Sequence record: DRR378314_211
DNA length: 40,202 nt
Direction: 5' to 3' (one strand)
Shown: positions 16,395-26,749 of the stretch, one piece after another
Numbering within the stretch: position 1 is the first letter of the stretch
How the letters are laid out: each line of letters begins with the position of its first letter
Notes under the pieces: generated by a model
What the model was told of the DNA's origin: nothing
The model's input: only the letters and a program-made list of their open reading frames with translations
Databases searched by the model: none
Translations under genes and position numbers: made by a program

Positions 16395-17579
16395 ATGAAT
16401 CTAGACTTCAGCCCAGAGACCGAAACCTTTCGGCAGACGGTCCGCCGCTTCTTCGAGACCGAATTTCCGAAGGACATCATCGAGAAGAACCGCGCAGGGC
16501 TTGCCCTGAACACAGCAGAAGTCCGCCGGTCCGAAATGGCGCTCGGCGCAAAGGGCTGGCTCGCCAGTGCGTGGCCGGAGGAATATGGCGGCCCCGGCTG
16601 GTCGGTCGAGGAGCAATACGTCTTTGACGAAGAACTGGAACGCGCCGGCGTGCCGACCGTCACGCCGATGGGCGTCGTCTATGTCGGCCCTGTTATCTAC
16701 ACATTCGGGTCTGATGCGCAGAAGGAAAAATGGCTGCCCGGCATTCGTGACGGCTCAGTCGGCTGGGCGCAGGGCTATTCCGAGCCGGGTTCGGGATCAG
16801 ACCTTGCCTCTCTCCAGTTCAGCGCTGTTTTGGAGAATGGCACCTACACGCTGAACGGCCACAAGATCTGGACGTCCGCCGCGCAGCATGCGGACTGGAT
16901 CTTCCTGCTCACGCGCACCTCGGATGCTGGCAAGAAGCAGGAAGGCATCACCTTCATCTGCTGCCCGATTGATGCCCCCGGTGTGACCGTGAAGCCGATC
17001 ATCACAATCGATGGCAAACATGTGCTGAACGAGGTCTTCTTCGACAATGTCACCGTGCCCGAAGACTATCGCATCGGCGAGGAAGGCAAAGGCTGGACCT
17101 ATTCGCAATATTTGCTCGGTTTCGAGCGCACCTCCTATGCCCGGATTGGCGGCAAGCGCGCCATGCTGCGCCATGTTCGCGACATCGCCCGCGAAATGCC
17201 GGAGAATGGCAATTACCGCCTGATTGATGATCCGGGATTTGCCCGCAAGCTGACGGAAGCGGAAATGGCCGTCGATGGGCTGGAGATGACCGTGTTCCGC
17301 ATACTATCCGCCCTCTCCGCAGGCGGATCACCGGGAGACGCCGCATCGACGGTAAAGATTCTGGCCACAACAACGCACCAACAGATTACGGAATTGATGC
17401 TGGATGCTGTCGGCCATTTCGGCCAGCCCTTCGGCAAGGCCGGAGATTTGCCGGATAGCCTGCCCGCATTCGCCGCGCCAGACGTTGCCACTTATTTCGG
17501 CGGCCGGGCTCAATCAATCTATGGCGGGACCAACGAGATCCAGCGCAACATCATCGCCAAGAAGGTGCTAGGCCTCTAG
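16395..17579 (+). CDS. Acyl-CoA dehydrogenase (PimC-like)
   Basis: ATG 16395 with GGAG RBS; WAQGYSEPGSGSDLASL, NGHKIWTS, NEVFFDNV.VP, LGFER, SIYGGTNEIQRNII. Confidence 0.92.
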   Translation: MNLDFSPETETFRQTVRRFFETEFPKDIIEKNRAGLALNTAEVRRSEMALGAKGWLASAWPEEYGGPGWSVEEQYVFDEELERAGVPTVTPMGVVYVGPVIYTFGSDAQKEKWLPGIRDGSVGWAQGYSEPGSGSDLASLQFSAVLENGTYTLNGHKIWTSAAQHADWIFLLTRTSDAGKKQEGITFICCPIDAPGVTVKPIITIDGKHVLNEVFFDNVTVPEDYRIGEEGKGWTYSQYLLGFERTSYARIGGKRAMLRHVRDIAREMPENGNYRLIDDPGFARKLTEAEMAVDGLEMTVFRILSALSAGGSPGDAASTVKILATTTHQQITELMLDAVGHFGQPFGKAGDLPDSLPAFAAPDVATYFGGRAQSIYGGTNEIQRNIIAKKVLGL

Positions 17580-17593
17580 CGCCGGACTCGCGA

Positions 17594-17809
17594 TCAAAAA
17601 TCGTAAGCGATGCCCTTGCGTTCCCAGTCACCATACCGGGTCGGCTCGATCTTTCGGGGGCCACCGCGTTCGTCTTCCGGAAGCGCAGCGGCGTCTTCAG
17701 CCTCTTTGGCCTTTCGGGCATCGGCCTCTTCCAGGGCGCGCCGCGCCGCAGCAGGCAAAGTATTCCGGCGCGCTATTTCGGCCTCATCAAGAAAGTCTGG
17801 TGTGCTCAT
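17594..17809 (-). CDS. DUF1674 / succinate dehydrogenase assembly factor 4-like protein
   Basis: AARRALEEA..R and C-terminal E.GGP...EPTRYGDWERKG...DF; GGGGAG RBS. Confidence 0.88.
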   Translation of the reverse strand: MSTPDFLDEAEIARRNTLPAAARRALEEADARKAKEAEDAAALPEDERGGPRKIEPTRYGDWERKGIAYDF

Positions 17810-17899
17810 TTGCACTCCCCAATTCGTTAACAATCCCCATATAGATTAGTGGGAAGTTTAAACACCCCCAAGACTGAAACTACCGGAGACGTGTCACCC

Positions 17900-18796
17900 A
17901 TGGGTACCGCAAAAACCTTCATGTTACTTGCCGCGCTGACCGCGCTGTTCATGGCGGTGGGCTATCTGGTTGGCGGCGCAATGGGCATGATCATCGCCTT
18001 TGTCGTTGCGGCGGGCATGAACATTTTTTCCTGGTGGAATGCAGACAAGATCGTGTTGCGCATGCAGGGCGCAAAAGAAGTGACGCCTGAAACCTCCTCC
18101 CCCATGTTGCGCACCTTCGCAGCGGATGTCGCCCGCATGGCAGAGCGTGCAGGCATGCCCGCGCCCCGCGTCTATGTCATCGAGACACCGCAACCGAACG
18201 CCTTTGCCACTGGCCGTAATCCCGAAAACGCCGCCGTTGCAGCAACTTCGGGACTGCTCGGTTCGCTCTCGCGCGAAGAAGTTGCCGGGGTCATGGCGCA
18301 CGAACTTGCCCATGTTCAGAACCGCGACACGCTGACCATGACTGTGACGGCCACGATTGCAGGCGCCATCGGCATGCTTGCCAATTTCGCCATGTTCTTT
18401 GGCCGGGAGCGTTCGGGCCTGATCGGCTCGCTGGCCATCATGATCTTCGCACCCATGGCAGCAGCCCTGGTACAGATGGCAATCAGCCGGTCGCGCGAAT
18501 ACGAGGCCGACAAGCGCGGCGCGGAAATCTGCGGAAATCCGCTCTGGCTCGCCTCGGCGCTGCAGAAGATTGAACGCGGCACACGGTCGTCCGTGAACAT
18601 GGCGGCAGAGCGCAATCCGGCGATGGCGCACATGTACATCGCCAATCCGCTTAGTGGTCGCGGCGCAGATAATCTGTTCTCAACCCACCCGGCAACCGCT
18701 AACCGGATCGAGGCCCTGCGCCGCATGGCCGCCGAAATGGGCGTGAGCTCGGAAAAAGCCGAGACCCCACGCCGACAAGCCGGCCCGTGGGGCTGA
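17900..18796 (+). CDS. htpX: Zinc metalloprotease HtpX (M48)
   Basis: [37 protein letters not shown]-terminal TM helices. Confidence 0.95.
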   Translation: MGTAKTFMLLAALTALFMAVGYLVGGAMGMIIAFVVAAGMNIFSWWNADKIVLRMQGAKEVTPETSSPMLRTFAADVARMAERAGMPAPRVYVIETPQPNAFATGRNPENAAVAATSGLLGSLSREEVAGVMAHELAHVQNRDTLTMTVTATIAGAIGMLANFAMFFGRERSGLIGSLAIMIFAPMAAALVQMAISRSREYEADKRGAEICGNPLWLASALQKIERGTRSSVNMAAERNPAMAHMYIANPLSGRGADNLFSTHPATANRIEALRRMAAEMGVSSEKAETPRRQAGPWG

Positions 18797-18812
18797 AGGG
18801 AAAAGACACAGG

Positions 18813-20081
18813 ATGAGCGGAGCCCAAACACGGCGCGCAGCAGCAGAATTGCTGATGCTGACGCTGGACAGTCGTCGAACGCTTGATGAAGCGATGGCGA
18901 AGACAGACAGTTACAATGACCTGGAAGGCCCGGATCGCGGCTTTGCGCGCGTGATGGCGAGCGCCGCGCTACGGGAACTCGGTCGGATTGATGCTGGCCT
19001 CTCCCCTCTTCTCTCACGCCCTCTTGAGGCAACAAGTCCCGCCATTCGCGCGCTCCTGCGCATCGGCGCGGTACAGCTCTGGCGACTGGACACACCCGCG
19101 CACGCGGCGGTGTCCGAGACTGTTGAGGCCGCCAAGGGATGGCCGGACGCCCGCTCAGGCGGCAGCTTCCTCAATGCCGTCCTGCGCCGGGCCGCAGATA
19201 CGGATCCGGGACTGGACGCCATGCCTGCAATCTCCGTCTGGCCAGACTGGCTGGCTGACCGGTTCGCGGCAGACCTCGGCGCGGAGGGCGCTGAAAGGCT
19301 CGCGGCGCATCAATTGTCAGAGGCGCCTCTTTTCCTGTCCGCGCGATCAGACCCAGCTGAAGTGGCGACGGCGACACATGGCGACTTGTTGCCGACCGGT
19401 TCTGTTCGCCTCGGGCACTCGAACGTCGAAACGCTTCCAGGTTATGACAGCGGAGACTGGTGGGTTCAGGATGCAGCCGCTGCCCTGCCTGCCCGGCTAC
19501 TCGGCGCGACAGAAGACGACAAGATCATAGATCTTTGCGCGGCCCCCGGCGGCAAAACGCTACAATTGGCGACAAGCGGCGCACAGGTCACGGCAGTTGA
19601 TCGCTCCAAGCCGCGATTGGAACGGCTCAGGGAAAACCTCGCACGAACCGGCCTGTCGGCCGACATCATAGCGGCAAACGCCGACGAATGGCGACCGGAT
19701 GCGCCCGTCTCGAAATTGCTGCTGGATGCCCCCTGCTCGGCTCTCGGCACGCTGCGACGCCACCCGGAAGGCGCGTGGATCAAGCGCGAAGCAGAGATCG
19801 ACCGTTTCCCAACCGCGCAGGCCAGATTGCTCGCCGCCGCTGCAGACATGGTCGTCTCGGGCGGGACCGTGATCTACTGCGTTTGCACGCCGCTCAAGTC
19901 TGAGGGGCTTGAGATCGTGGAAGGCGCGCTCTCGAAGGGCCTCTATGCGCGTCATGCGATTGAACCGAACGAAATCCTGGGTTTCGAGCACTGCCTCACC
20001 GGAGCTGGCGATCTACTGACCATTCCGAGCGAAGGCGCTGGGCATGATGCGTTCTTCATCGCCAGACTGACACGCCTCTGA
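18813..20081 (+). CDS. rsmB: RsmB/NOP (Sun) family RNA m5C methyltransferase with NusB-like N-terminus
   Basis: HAAVSETVE, LNAVLRR, WWVQD, DLCAAPGGKT, LLDAPCS..GT.RRHP, YCVC. Confidence 0.88.
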   Translation: MSGAQTRRAAAELLMLTLDSRRTLDEAMAKTDSYNDLEGPDRGFARVMASAALRELGRIDAGLSPLLSRPLEATSPAIRALLRIGAVQLWRLDTPAHAAVSETVEAAKGWPDARSGGSFLNAVLRRAADTDPGLDAMPAISVWPDWLADRFAADLGAEGAERLAAHQLSEAPLFLSARSDPAEVATATHGDLLPTGSVRLGHSNVETLPGYDSGDWWVQDAAAALPARLLGATEDDKIIDLCAAPGGKTLQLATSGAQVTAVDRSKPRLERLRENLARTGLSADIIAANADEWRPDAPVSKLLLDAPCSALGTLRRHPEGAWIKREAEIDRFPTAQARLLAAAADMVVSGGTVIYCVCTPLKSEGLEIVEGALSKGLYARHAIEPNEILGFEHCLTGAGDLLTIPSEGAGHDAFFIARLTRL

Positions 20082-20208
20082 CCCGGCCGCTTTGATGGTT
20101 TCCAATCTTTAAATTGACGCGCCACAAAAACGCCCCGCAGAGTTCATCTGCCATTCAGGGCGCTTTGTGCAAAATCGCCCCATCAAAATGTGCAAGGAGC
20201 ACTCGAAC

Positions 20209-20694
20209 ATGATTACCGAATTTTCCCCCCGGAAGGTCGCTGTGGGTGCCTTTGCTGCCCTGACACTTGCGCTGACCGGATGTGCAAACAGCTATGGCGC
20301 AGGCACTGCAACCCCAGGCGCTGTCGGCCAGGCCTCGACCGTATATCAGGGCACTGTGACCTCGGTGCGCGCGGTGACGATCCAATCTGACCGCTCCCTC
20401 ATCGGCACGGCAACCGGCGCTGTTCTTGGCGGCCTTGCCGGCTCTGAACTCGGCGGTGGTGACAAGGCCCAGACTGCTGGCGCCATTGGCGGTGCCGTGA
20501 TCGGCGGTATTGCCGGTAACGCAGCGGGCAAAGCGGTCGGCAAGCAACAGGGCTATGCCTACATCGTGCGGTTTTCGACGGGCGATGTGAAAGAAATCAT
20601 CCAGGGCGCAGACGTCTATATCGCGCCGGGCACCCCGGTTGACATCATCGCTGGTGCTGACGGTTGGAAACTCGTTCCGGCAGCAGCCTACTAA
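20209..20694 (+). CDS. Glycine-zipper 2TM outer-membrane lipoprotein (SlyB/Pcp-like)
   Basis: AAGGAG RBS; lipobox LALTGC; GTATGAVLGGLAGSELGGG...GAIGGAVIGGIAG. Confidence 0.85.
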   Translation: MITEFSPRKVAVGAFAALTLALTGCANSYGAGTATPGAVGQASTVYQGTVTSVRAVTIQSDRSLIGTATGAVLGGLAGSELGGGDKAQTAGAIGGAVIGGIAGNAAGKAVGKQQGYAYIVRFSTGDVKEIIQGADVYIAPGTPVDIIAGADGWKLVPAAAY

Positions 20695-20711
20695 GCCGCT
20701 TCACGCATATT

Positions 20712-20748
20712 CCGGCAGCCGACCGCCTTGTGCGGTTGGCTGTTCCGG
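20712..20748 (+). other. Intergenic stem-loop between the lipoprotein gene and rpe (stabiliser or weak terminator)
   Basis: CAGCCGACCGC-CTTGT-GCGGTTGGCTG, 11-bp stem, no clear U-tract. Confidence 0.5.
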
Positions 20749-20762
20749 CATAGGGAGGGGGC

Positions 20763-21431
20763 ATGCGCGACGTGCTTATTTCTCCCTCGATTCTCTCCGC
20801 AGATTTCTCCCGTCTCGGTGAGGAAATTGCCGCCATCGACCATGCTGGCGCAGACATGATCCACATCGATGTCATGGATGGGCACTTTGTGCCAAACCTG
20901 ACATTCGGGGCTCCTGTCATCGAGAAACTGCGGAAATGCACAGACAAACCCTTCGACGTGCACCTGATGATCGCCCCGGTAGACCCGTTCATTTCGGCGT
21001 TTGCAAAAGCTGGCGCAAACATCCTGACCGTGCATCCGGAAGCAGGGCCACACCTGCACCGTACCCTACAGGCCATAAGGGCAGCCGGCATGAAACCGGG
21101 CGTCGCCCTGAATCCGGGCACACCTGCAAGCATCCTTGAACCCGTTCTCGACGAGACCGACTTGATCCTCGTCATGTCCGTCAATCCGGGCTTCGGAGGT
21201 CAGGCCTTCATCGACAGCCAGCTGCGCAAGGTCGAGCAGTTGCGACGCATGATCGACGCAACAGGGCGCGACATCATTCTTGAGATTGATGGCGGCCTGA
21301 ATGCAGAAACTGCCCCAAAAGCGATCTCTGCCGGCGTAAACGCCATCGTGGCCGGATCTGCCGTTTTCAAGGGCGGTCCAAACGCCTATGCTGAGAATAT
21401 TCGGTCACTCAGGCCGCACGTAAAAGTATAG
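20763..21431 (+). CDS. rpe: Ribulose-phosphate 3-epimerase
   Basis: [44 protein letters not shown]. Confidence 0.97.
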   Translation: MRDVLISPSILSADFSRLGEEIAAIDHAGADMIHIDVMDGHFVPNLTFGAPVIEKLRKCTDKPFDVHLMIAPVDPFISAFAKAGANILTVHPEAGPHLHRTLQAIRAAGMKPGVALNPGTPASILEPVLDETDLILVMSVNPGFGGQAFIDSQLRKVEQLRRMIDATGRDIILEIDGGLNAETAPKAISAGVNAIVAGSAVFKGGPNAYAENIRSLRPHVKV

Positions 21432-21449
21432 TTTGAGACAGAATGGACG

Positions 21450-23183
21450 GTGAGCGTGGGAGGCGGAGACAGCGAAATCCTGGCTGACCGCACCAGAACG
21501 GGGGCTGATGACGCCGCGCTCTGGCGCAGGTTTCGCGGGATATCCGGAGATGATGTGAAAGTCTCGGCCCTGCAGCGCTCTGGCGTTTCCGGGCCTGTTC
21601 CGGAACAATTCTCTCATCATCTGCACCGCCTCATCCCGTCGGATGATCGCCGCGGCGAAGCCCTCATGCAGGATATCTGGCGCATCGGCATGCAGCGCAT
21701 GACGCTGGCACCGGGTCAGTCTCCATGGTCGACACCCCTGCCCTCGAAGCATTTCGCAGATCGTCTGCATCGGTTTTCGTGGCTGCCTGACCTGCTCGAT
21801 CAGGGCAATGAAGGCACCGAACGTGCCGTCAGATTTGTCGATGAATGGATACAGTCTCACGGCAACTTTAACGGGTTTTCCTGGCGATTGGCGCCTACGA
21901 GCGTGCGATGCTGGAATTGGCTGCTTTGCGGTCGGGAAGTGTTCGAAACCGGCTCGACAAGCGAGCGGGAAGTCCGGCTGGACTGTCTCGTCCGCCAGCT
22001 CCGCTACATCTCGGGGCAAGTGGATGCGGCGACAGATCCGAAGGCCAGGTGGTTTGCATCGGTCACAATGGTTGCTGCTGCGCTTTGTATAGATCGCGCG
22101 ATGAGCCTGGACGCAGCGGTCGCCCGCCTCGACGCGGAATGCACAGCCCAGATCCTGCCAGACGGTGGCCACGTCACGCGCAGCCCGTCACGCGGGCTCA
22201 ACACACTCATCCACTTGCTGACCCTGCAGGACTTGTTCCATCGCGCAGGTCACCCCGAGCCAGATTTTCTCGAGAAATGGATTTCGCGTGTCGGCGCGAT
22301 GGTCGCATTCTTTCAGGTAGAGGATGGTGCACTAAGCCCGTTCAATGACGGAGACGAATCCCGTCCCGAGGCCGTTGAAGCTGCCCTCGCCCGGCTCCCT
22401 TCGCCACCACGCCGATTCATGTTTGCACCGAAATCTGGCTTCCAGAAGCTTGAAAAGAATGGATTAAAACTAATTCTTGATTGTGGGGACGCACCGGAGA
22501 GACCCTTCAGCGACTTCGCCCATGCCGGCGCATTGGGATTTGAACTCTCTGACGGCCCATGTCGGCTGGTCACATCATGTGGGTACAGCGCCGAAGTGAA
22601 CGTCGACTGGCAGGCGGCCGTTCGTCGATCAGGTGCACATTCAACCCTTGTTCTTTCCGGTCGTGACTCTGCGACTTTCTCGCTGAACGAAGAGTCCAGA
22701 TTGCTGTCTGCGCACGGGCCGGAAGGCATATCGGCCAAACGCCTGGAAGAAGCCGACGAGATCTGGCTGGACGCCCAGCACGGCGGTTACAAGGCGGCCT
22801 GCGGTTTGCTTCATCGTCGTCGCCTCTTCATGTCGGGTGACGGAAAACGCCTTACCGGCGAGGATTCGCTGGTCCGCCCCGTCTCACAGCCACCCGCAGA
22901 TGACCGGAAGTTCATTGGCTTCGAAATTCGCTTTCATCTACATCCCACGGTGACGGCAATCATGGGAAAAGACGCGATTCGTCTTGTCTGCGACGACGGC
23001 GCAGTGTGGAAATTCAAGACGAGTCATGAGGGCGCCCGGCTTGAAAGAACCGTTTATTTGGCGCGCGGAGTGGTTGAAAGACCTGAGCAAATCGTTATGG
23101 CTGGATTCGCAGATCCGAATGGGGACGGGCAGCAGCCTCCGAATTGTATTCGGTGGGCATTTCTGAAGGAAAGATCCGCATGA
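21450..23183 (+). CDS. Heparinase II/III-like family protein
   Basis: LHRFSWL.DL, QILPDGGHVTRSP, AHAGAL.FELS, R.SGAHST, HRRRL, RFHLHP.V; this family typically sits near rsmB/purH in alphaproteobacteria; GTG start is uncertain. Confidence 0.8.
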   Translation: MSVGGGDSEILADRTRTGADDAALWRRFRGISGDDVKVSALQRSGVSGPVPEQFSHHLHRLIPSDDRRGEALMQDIWRIGMQRMTLAPGQSPWSTPLPSKHFADRLHRFSWLPDLLDQGNEGTERAVRFVDEWIQSHGNFNGFSWRLAPTSVRCWNWLLCGREVFETGSTSEREVRLDCLVRQLRYISGQVDAATDPKARWFASVTMVAAALCIDRAMSLDAAVARLDAECTAQILPDGGHVTRSPSRGLNTLIHLLTLQDLFHRAGHPEPDFLEKWISRVGAMVAFFQVEDGALSPFNDGDESRPEAVEAALARLPSPPRRFMFAPKSGFQKLEKNGLKLILDCGDAPERPFSDFAHAGALGFELSDGPCRLVTSCGYSAEVNVDWQAAVRRSGAHSTLVLSGRDSATFSLNEESRLLSAHGPEGISAKRLEEADEIWLDAQHGGYKAACGLLHRRRLFMSGDGKRLTGEDSLVRPVSQPPADDRKFIGFEIRFHLHPTVTAIMGKDAIRLVCDDGAVWKFKTSHEGARLERTVYLARGVVERPEQIVMAGFADPNGDGQQPPNCIRWAFLKERSA

Positions 23184-25069
23184 CGCCACAACAGGCCGCC
23201 CGCAGGGCGATGGCGCTGACACTCGGATTTGATGTGTTCATTGCAGTTTGCGCAATGGGATTCTCCGGATTGTTGATTTGGTCGTCCGAAAACCCTCGAC
23301 CAGAATTCCCCGTTTCATCCATAGCAATCAGCACATGCTTCTTCGCACTCGCGGTCACAGTGGCCTTTCTGATTCTTGGAATCCAGAAGCAGGTCTGGCG
23401 CCATATGGGGTGGCCGGACGCTGTGCGGGTTTTTCAGGGAGTCTGCCTGTCGGCGCTGATATACCTGCCCGTCATGTTGATGCTGAATGGGTTGCTGGCA
23501 ACACCGTACACAACCCTCACGTCCGCCCTCATCATATGGACGATCGGCTTGTTCATCGGGCGCATGTTCGCCCTGTCTCGCACCACCCATGCCCCTTTCC
23601 AGATTTTCAGCCCGATCGCGAAAAACGGTCAGCCGGTCTTGCTTGTAGGAGATTCGCAAAGCTGCGTGCACGTCATCCGGCGGCTTCAATCGTCTGCTCA
23701 AACAAACCGGATCCGCCTGCTCGGTTTGGTCGATGTTCAGCCAACAGAAACCGGGCGCGCCATTCGGGGAATCCCTATTCTCGGATCGCTTGATGAACTC
23801 GGTGACCTGATCGACGTCCTTGCTGTTCGCTACAAGCAGACCCCTTGGGTCGCACTGACCGGAACAGCTCGCCAGCGTGACAAGACAATCCGCATTCTGG
23901 AAATCGCTTCAGACCATGGCGCTGAAATCATGGCGCTGAGCAAGGATCAAACCGCACAAGTGCTTGAACCTGTGCGCCCGTCAGACTTGCTGTCACGTCC
24001 TGAAAGGCACCTGAACATCGAGCCGGTACGAAATCTCGTGGCCGGCTCCAACGTACTCGTTTCCGGGGGTGGCGGCACAATCGGCTCTGAGCTGACCCGC
24101 CAGGTTGCTCGTCTGAACCCGGCCTCTCTCACGGTGATGGATGCGTCGGAGTACAATCTCTACTCTATTGATATGGAGCTATCGCGCCTCTTGCCAGGTC
24201 GGCATCAAGCCCGACTAGGTGATGTGCGCGACATGAAACGCGTTTCCGACATCATGGCTCACGCCAAGCCGGACGTCGTCATTCATGCGGCGGCCCTCAA
24301 GCATGTACCGCTAATGGAACGGAATCTGTGCGAGGCAATCCTGACCAACGTGTTCGGGGCCGTGAACGCTGCTGAAGCAGCAGCCGCGGCTGGAGCAAAA
24401 CGGTTTGTGTTCATCTCGACCGACAAGGCTGTAGACCCAGACAATGTCATGGGAGCCACGAAACGCCTGGCCGAGATAGCGATCTCGCGCATTGCCAGCA
24501 GAACCGGAATGGCGGCGTCTATCGTCAGATTTGGCAACGTGCTCGGTTCGTCTGGGTCAGTGGTGCCATTGTTCGAGCGCCAGATCGCCGAGGGGGGCCC
24601 GATTACGCTTACCGACCCCGGCGTGACACGTTACTTCATGACCGTCGAAGAAGCGTCCGCTCTTGTCCTGCAATCGGCTGCGATACAGGACAAGACAGCG
24701 CAGACGGGCCTGTACGTTCTCGATATGGGCGAACCCATGCCCATCCTGCAGCTCGCCGAAACAATGATCCGCATGAAAGGCCTCGTGCCCGGCGTGGATA
24801 TCCAGATCACGACGACCGGCTTGCGTGAAGGTGAGAAGATGCACGAAGCGCTCACCTATGAACATGAGGCCGTCAGCTCAACGACCGTGGATGGCGTCTG
24901 GCAAGTCGAGAATGTGCACACCCTTTCCGAATTGTTCGACAAACGGCTGGCTGAGCTGATCGAAGCCGCATCGAGACGGGAACGGTCAGAGGCTCTCAGA
25001 CTGCTCGGCGTGCTCGTTCCAGAATATGCAAGCGAACGCGCCGAACGTGCGCGGCGCTGGAGCGCTTGA
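23180..25069 (+). CDS. CapD/PglF/WbpM-like membrane-bound nucleotide-sugar 4,6-dehydratase
   Basis: 4 N-terminal TM helices; GGGGTIGSEL, HAAALKHVP, ISTDKAV, MGATKR, VRFGNVLGSSGSV, RYFMT, GLREGEK; ATGA overlap with the upstream gene. Confidence 0.9.
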   Translation: MTPQQAARRAMALTLGFDVFIAVCAMGFSGLLIWSSENPRPEFPVSSIAISTCFFALAVTVAFLILGIQKQVWRHMGWPDAVRVFQGVCLSALIYLPVMLMLNGLLATPYTTLTSALIIWTIGLFIGRMFALSRTTHAPFQIFSPIAKNGQPVLLVGDSQSCVHVIRRLQSSAQTNRIRLLGLVDVQPTETGRAIRGIPILGSLDELGDLIDVLAVRYKQTPWVALTGTARQRDKTIRILEIASDHGAEIMALSKDQTAQVLEPVRPSDLLSRPERHLNIEPVRNLVAGSNVLVSGGGGTIGSELTRQVARLNPASLTVMDASEYNLYSIDMELSRLLPGRHQARLGDVRDMKRVSDIMAHAKPDVVIHAAALKHVPLMERNLCEAILTNVFGAVNAAEAAAAAGAKRFVFISTDKAVDPDNVMGATKRLAEIAISRIASRTGMAASIVRFGNVLGSSGSVVPLFERQIAEGGPITLTDPGVTRYFMTVEEASALVLQSAAIQDKTAQTGLYVLDMGEPMPILQLAETMIRMKGLVPGVDIQITTTGLREGEKMHEALTYEHEAVSSTTVDGVWQVENVHTLSELFDKRLAELIEAASRRERSEALRLLGVLVPEYASERAERARRWSA

Positions 25070-25135
25070 CGCAATCGGCGGTCATGCTACCCCCCGCGGC
25101 AACAGCTTGAAGCCTGCGCCAAAGGATTTCCCAAC

Positions 25136-26740
25136 ATGACAGATGCCGCCTCTCGCGGAGCCCCCGTTCGCATTCGCCGCGCCCTGCTTTCCGTGTCGGA
25201 CAAGACCGGACTGGTGGAGCAAGCCCAGAAGCTCGCCGCGATGGGTGTCGAACTCGTCTCCACGGGTGGCACCTCCAAGCTCCTGAAAGAGGCAGGGCTG
25301 GACGTGAAGGACGTGGCAGATCTTACCGGCTTTCCGGAAATGATGGATGGACGCGTGAAAACGCTTCACCCCGCAGTTCATGGCGGCCTGCTCTATCTAC
25401 GGGACAATCCTTCCCATGTGAAAGATGCCGAGACGCACGGTATTGGTGCAATCGACCTGATTTACGTGAACCTCTACCCCTTCGAAGCGACCGTCGCTTC
25501 CGGCGCGGACTTCGAAACCTGCATTGAAAACATCGACATTGGCGGACCGGCCATGTTGCGGGCCGCGGCAAAGAATGGCGCGTTCGTGGCCGTCTGTACC
25601 GATGGCGGCGATGTCGATGCTGTGCTGGCCGAAATGGAGGCGGCCAATGGCGAGGTCAGCGTGGCGCTTTGCCGAAAACTCGCGGCCAAGACTTATGCAC
25701 GCACAGCAGCCTACGATTCCGCCATCTCGACCTGGTATGCCGAACAACTGGGCGAGCCGGCCCCGGATTGGGCAAGCCTTGGCGGCAAGCGACAGCAAAG
25801 CCTGCGCTATGGCGAAAACCCGCACCAGAAAGCAGCCTTCTACGTGACCGGTGAGAAACGCCCCGGCGTTGCCACCGCAAAGCAACTACAGGGCAAGGAA
25901 CTGTCCTACAACAATATCAACGATACCGACGCAGCCTATGAACTGATCGGCGAACTGGGCTCCGGGACACCGGCCGTCGCCATTATCAAGCACGCCAATC
26001 CGTGCGGCGTGGCGCAAGGCTCTAGTATCATCGAAGCCTATCGCGCGGCTCTGGCCTGCGACTCCACGTCAGCCTTTGGCGGCATCGTTGCCCTGAACCG
26101 CGCGCTGGACGAAGAGACTGCGGCCGAAATCTCCCAGATCTTCACCGAAGTCGTCATCGCCCCCGGCGCTGATGACGCGGCTCAAGCCATCTTCGCCAAA
26201 AAGAAGAATCTCCGTCTCCTGATTACGGAAGGCTTGCCAGACCCGGCCGCGGGCGGACGGTTCGTGAAAACGGTCGCTGGCGGCTTCCTGATGCAGGACC
26301 GTGATTTTGGCCGCATCACGCGTGAAGACCTGAAAGTCGTGACGAAGAAAGCGCCGACCGAACAGGAACTGGAAGACATGCTGTTTGCATGGCGCGTCGC
26401 AAAGCACGTAAAATCCAACACGATCATTTATGCGAAAGATGGCGCAACTGTTGGCATCGGTGCCGGCCAGATGAGCCGCATTGACTCAGCCCGCATTGCG
26501 GCACGCAAAGCCGAAGACGCCGCCGAAGCCGCCGGCTGGTCCGAACCAAAGACCAAAGGCTGTGTGGCAGCATCGGATGCGTTCTTCCCCTTCCCTGATG
26601 GCCTTCTGCAAGCCGCTTCAGCGGGCGCGACAGCCGTCATTCAGCCGGGTGGCTCGATCCGCGACGATGAAGTCATCGCCGCCGCCGATGAGGCTGGCCT
26701 CGCCATGGTCTTCACCGGCATGCGCCACTTCCGTCACTAG
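25136..26740 (+). CDS. purH: Bifunctional AICAR formyltransferase/IMP cyclohydrolase
   Basis: [57 protein letters not shown]. Confidence 0.98.
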   Translation: MTDAASRGAPVRIRRALLSVSDKTGLVEQAQKLAAMGVELVSTGGTSKLLKEAGLDVKDVADLTGFPEMMDGRVKTLHPAVHGGLLYLRDNPSHVKDAETHGIGAIDLIYVNLYPFEATVASGADFETCIENIDIGGPAMLRAAAKNGAFVAVCTDGGDVDAVLAEMEAANGEVSVALCRKLAAKTYARTAAYDSAISTWYAEQLGEPAPDWASLGGKRQQSLRYGENPHQKAAFYVTGEKRPGVATAKQLQGKELSYNNINDTDAAYELIGELGSGTPAVAIIKHANPCGVAQGSSIIEAYRAALACDSTSAFGGIVALNRALDEETAAEISQIFTEVVIAPGADDAAQAIFAKKKNLRLLITEGLPDPAAGGRFVKTVAGGFLMQDRDFGRITREDLKVVTKKAPTEQELEDMLFAWRVAKHVKSNTIIYAKDGATVGIGAGQMSRIDSARIAARKAEDAAEAAGWSEPKTKGCVAASDAFFPFPDGLLQAASAGATAVIQPGGSIRDDEVIAAADEAGLAMVFTGMRHFRH

Positions 26741-26749
26741 GATTGTCTG

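Noticed and set aside
17809-17842. Complete RpoH promoter for htpX
   Set aside because: The CCCCATAT -10 is present, but the nearest TTG is about 23 nt away, too far; not listed as a feature.
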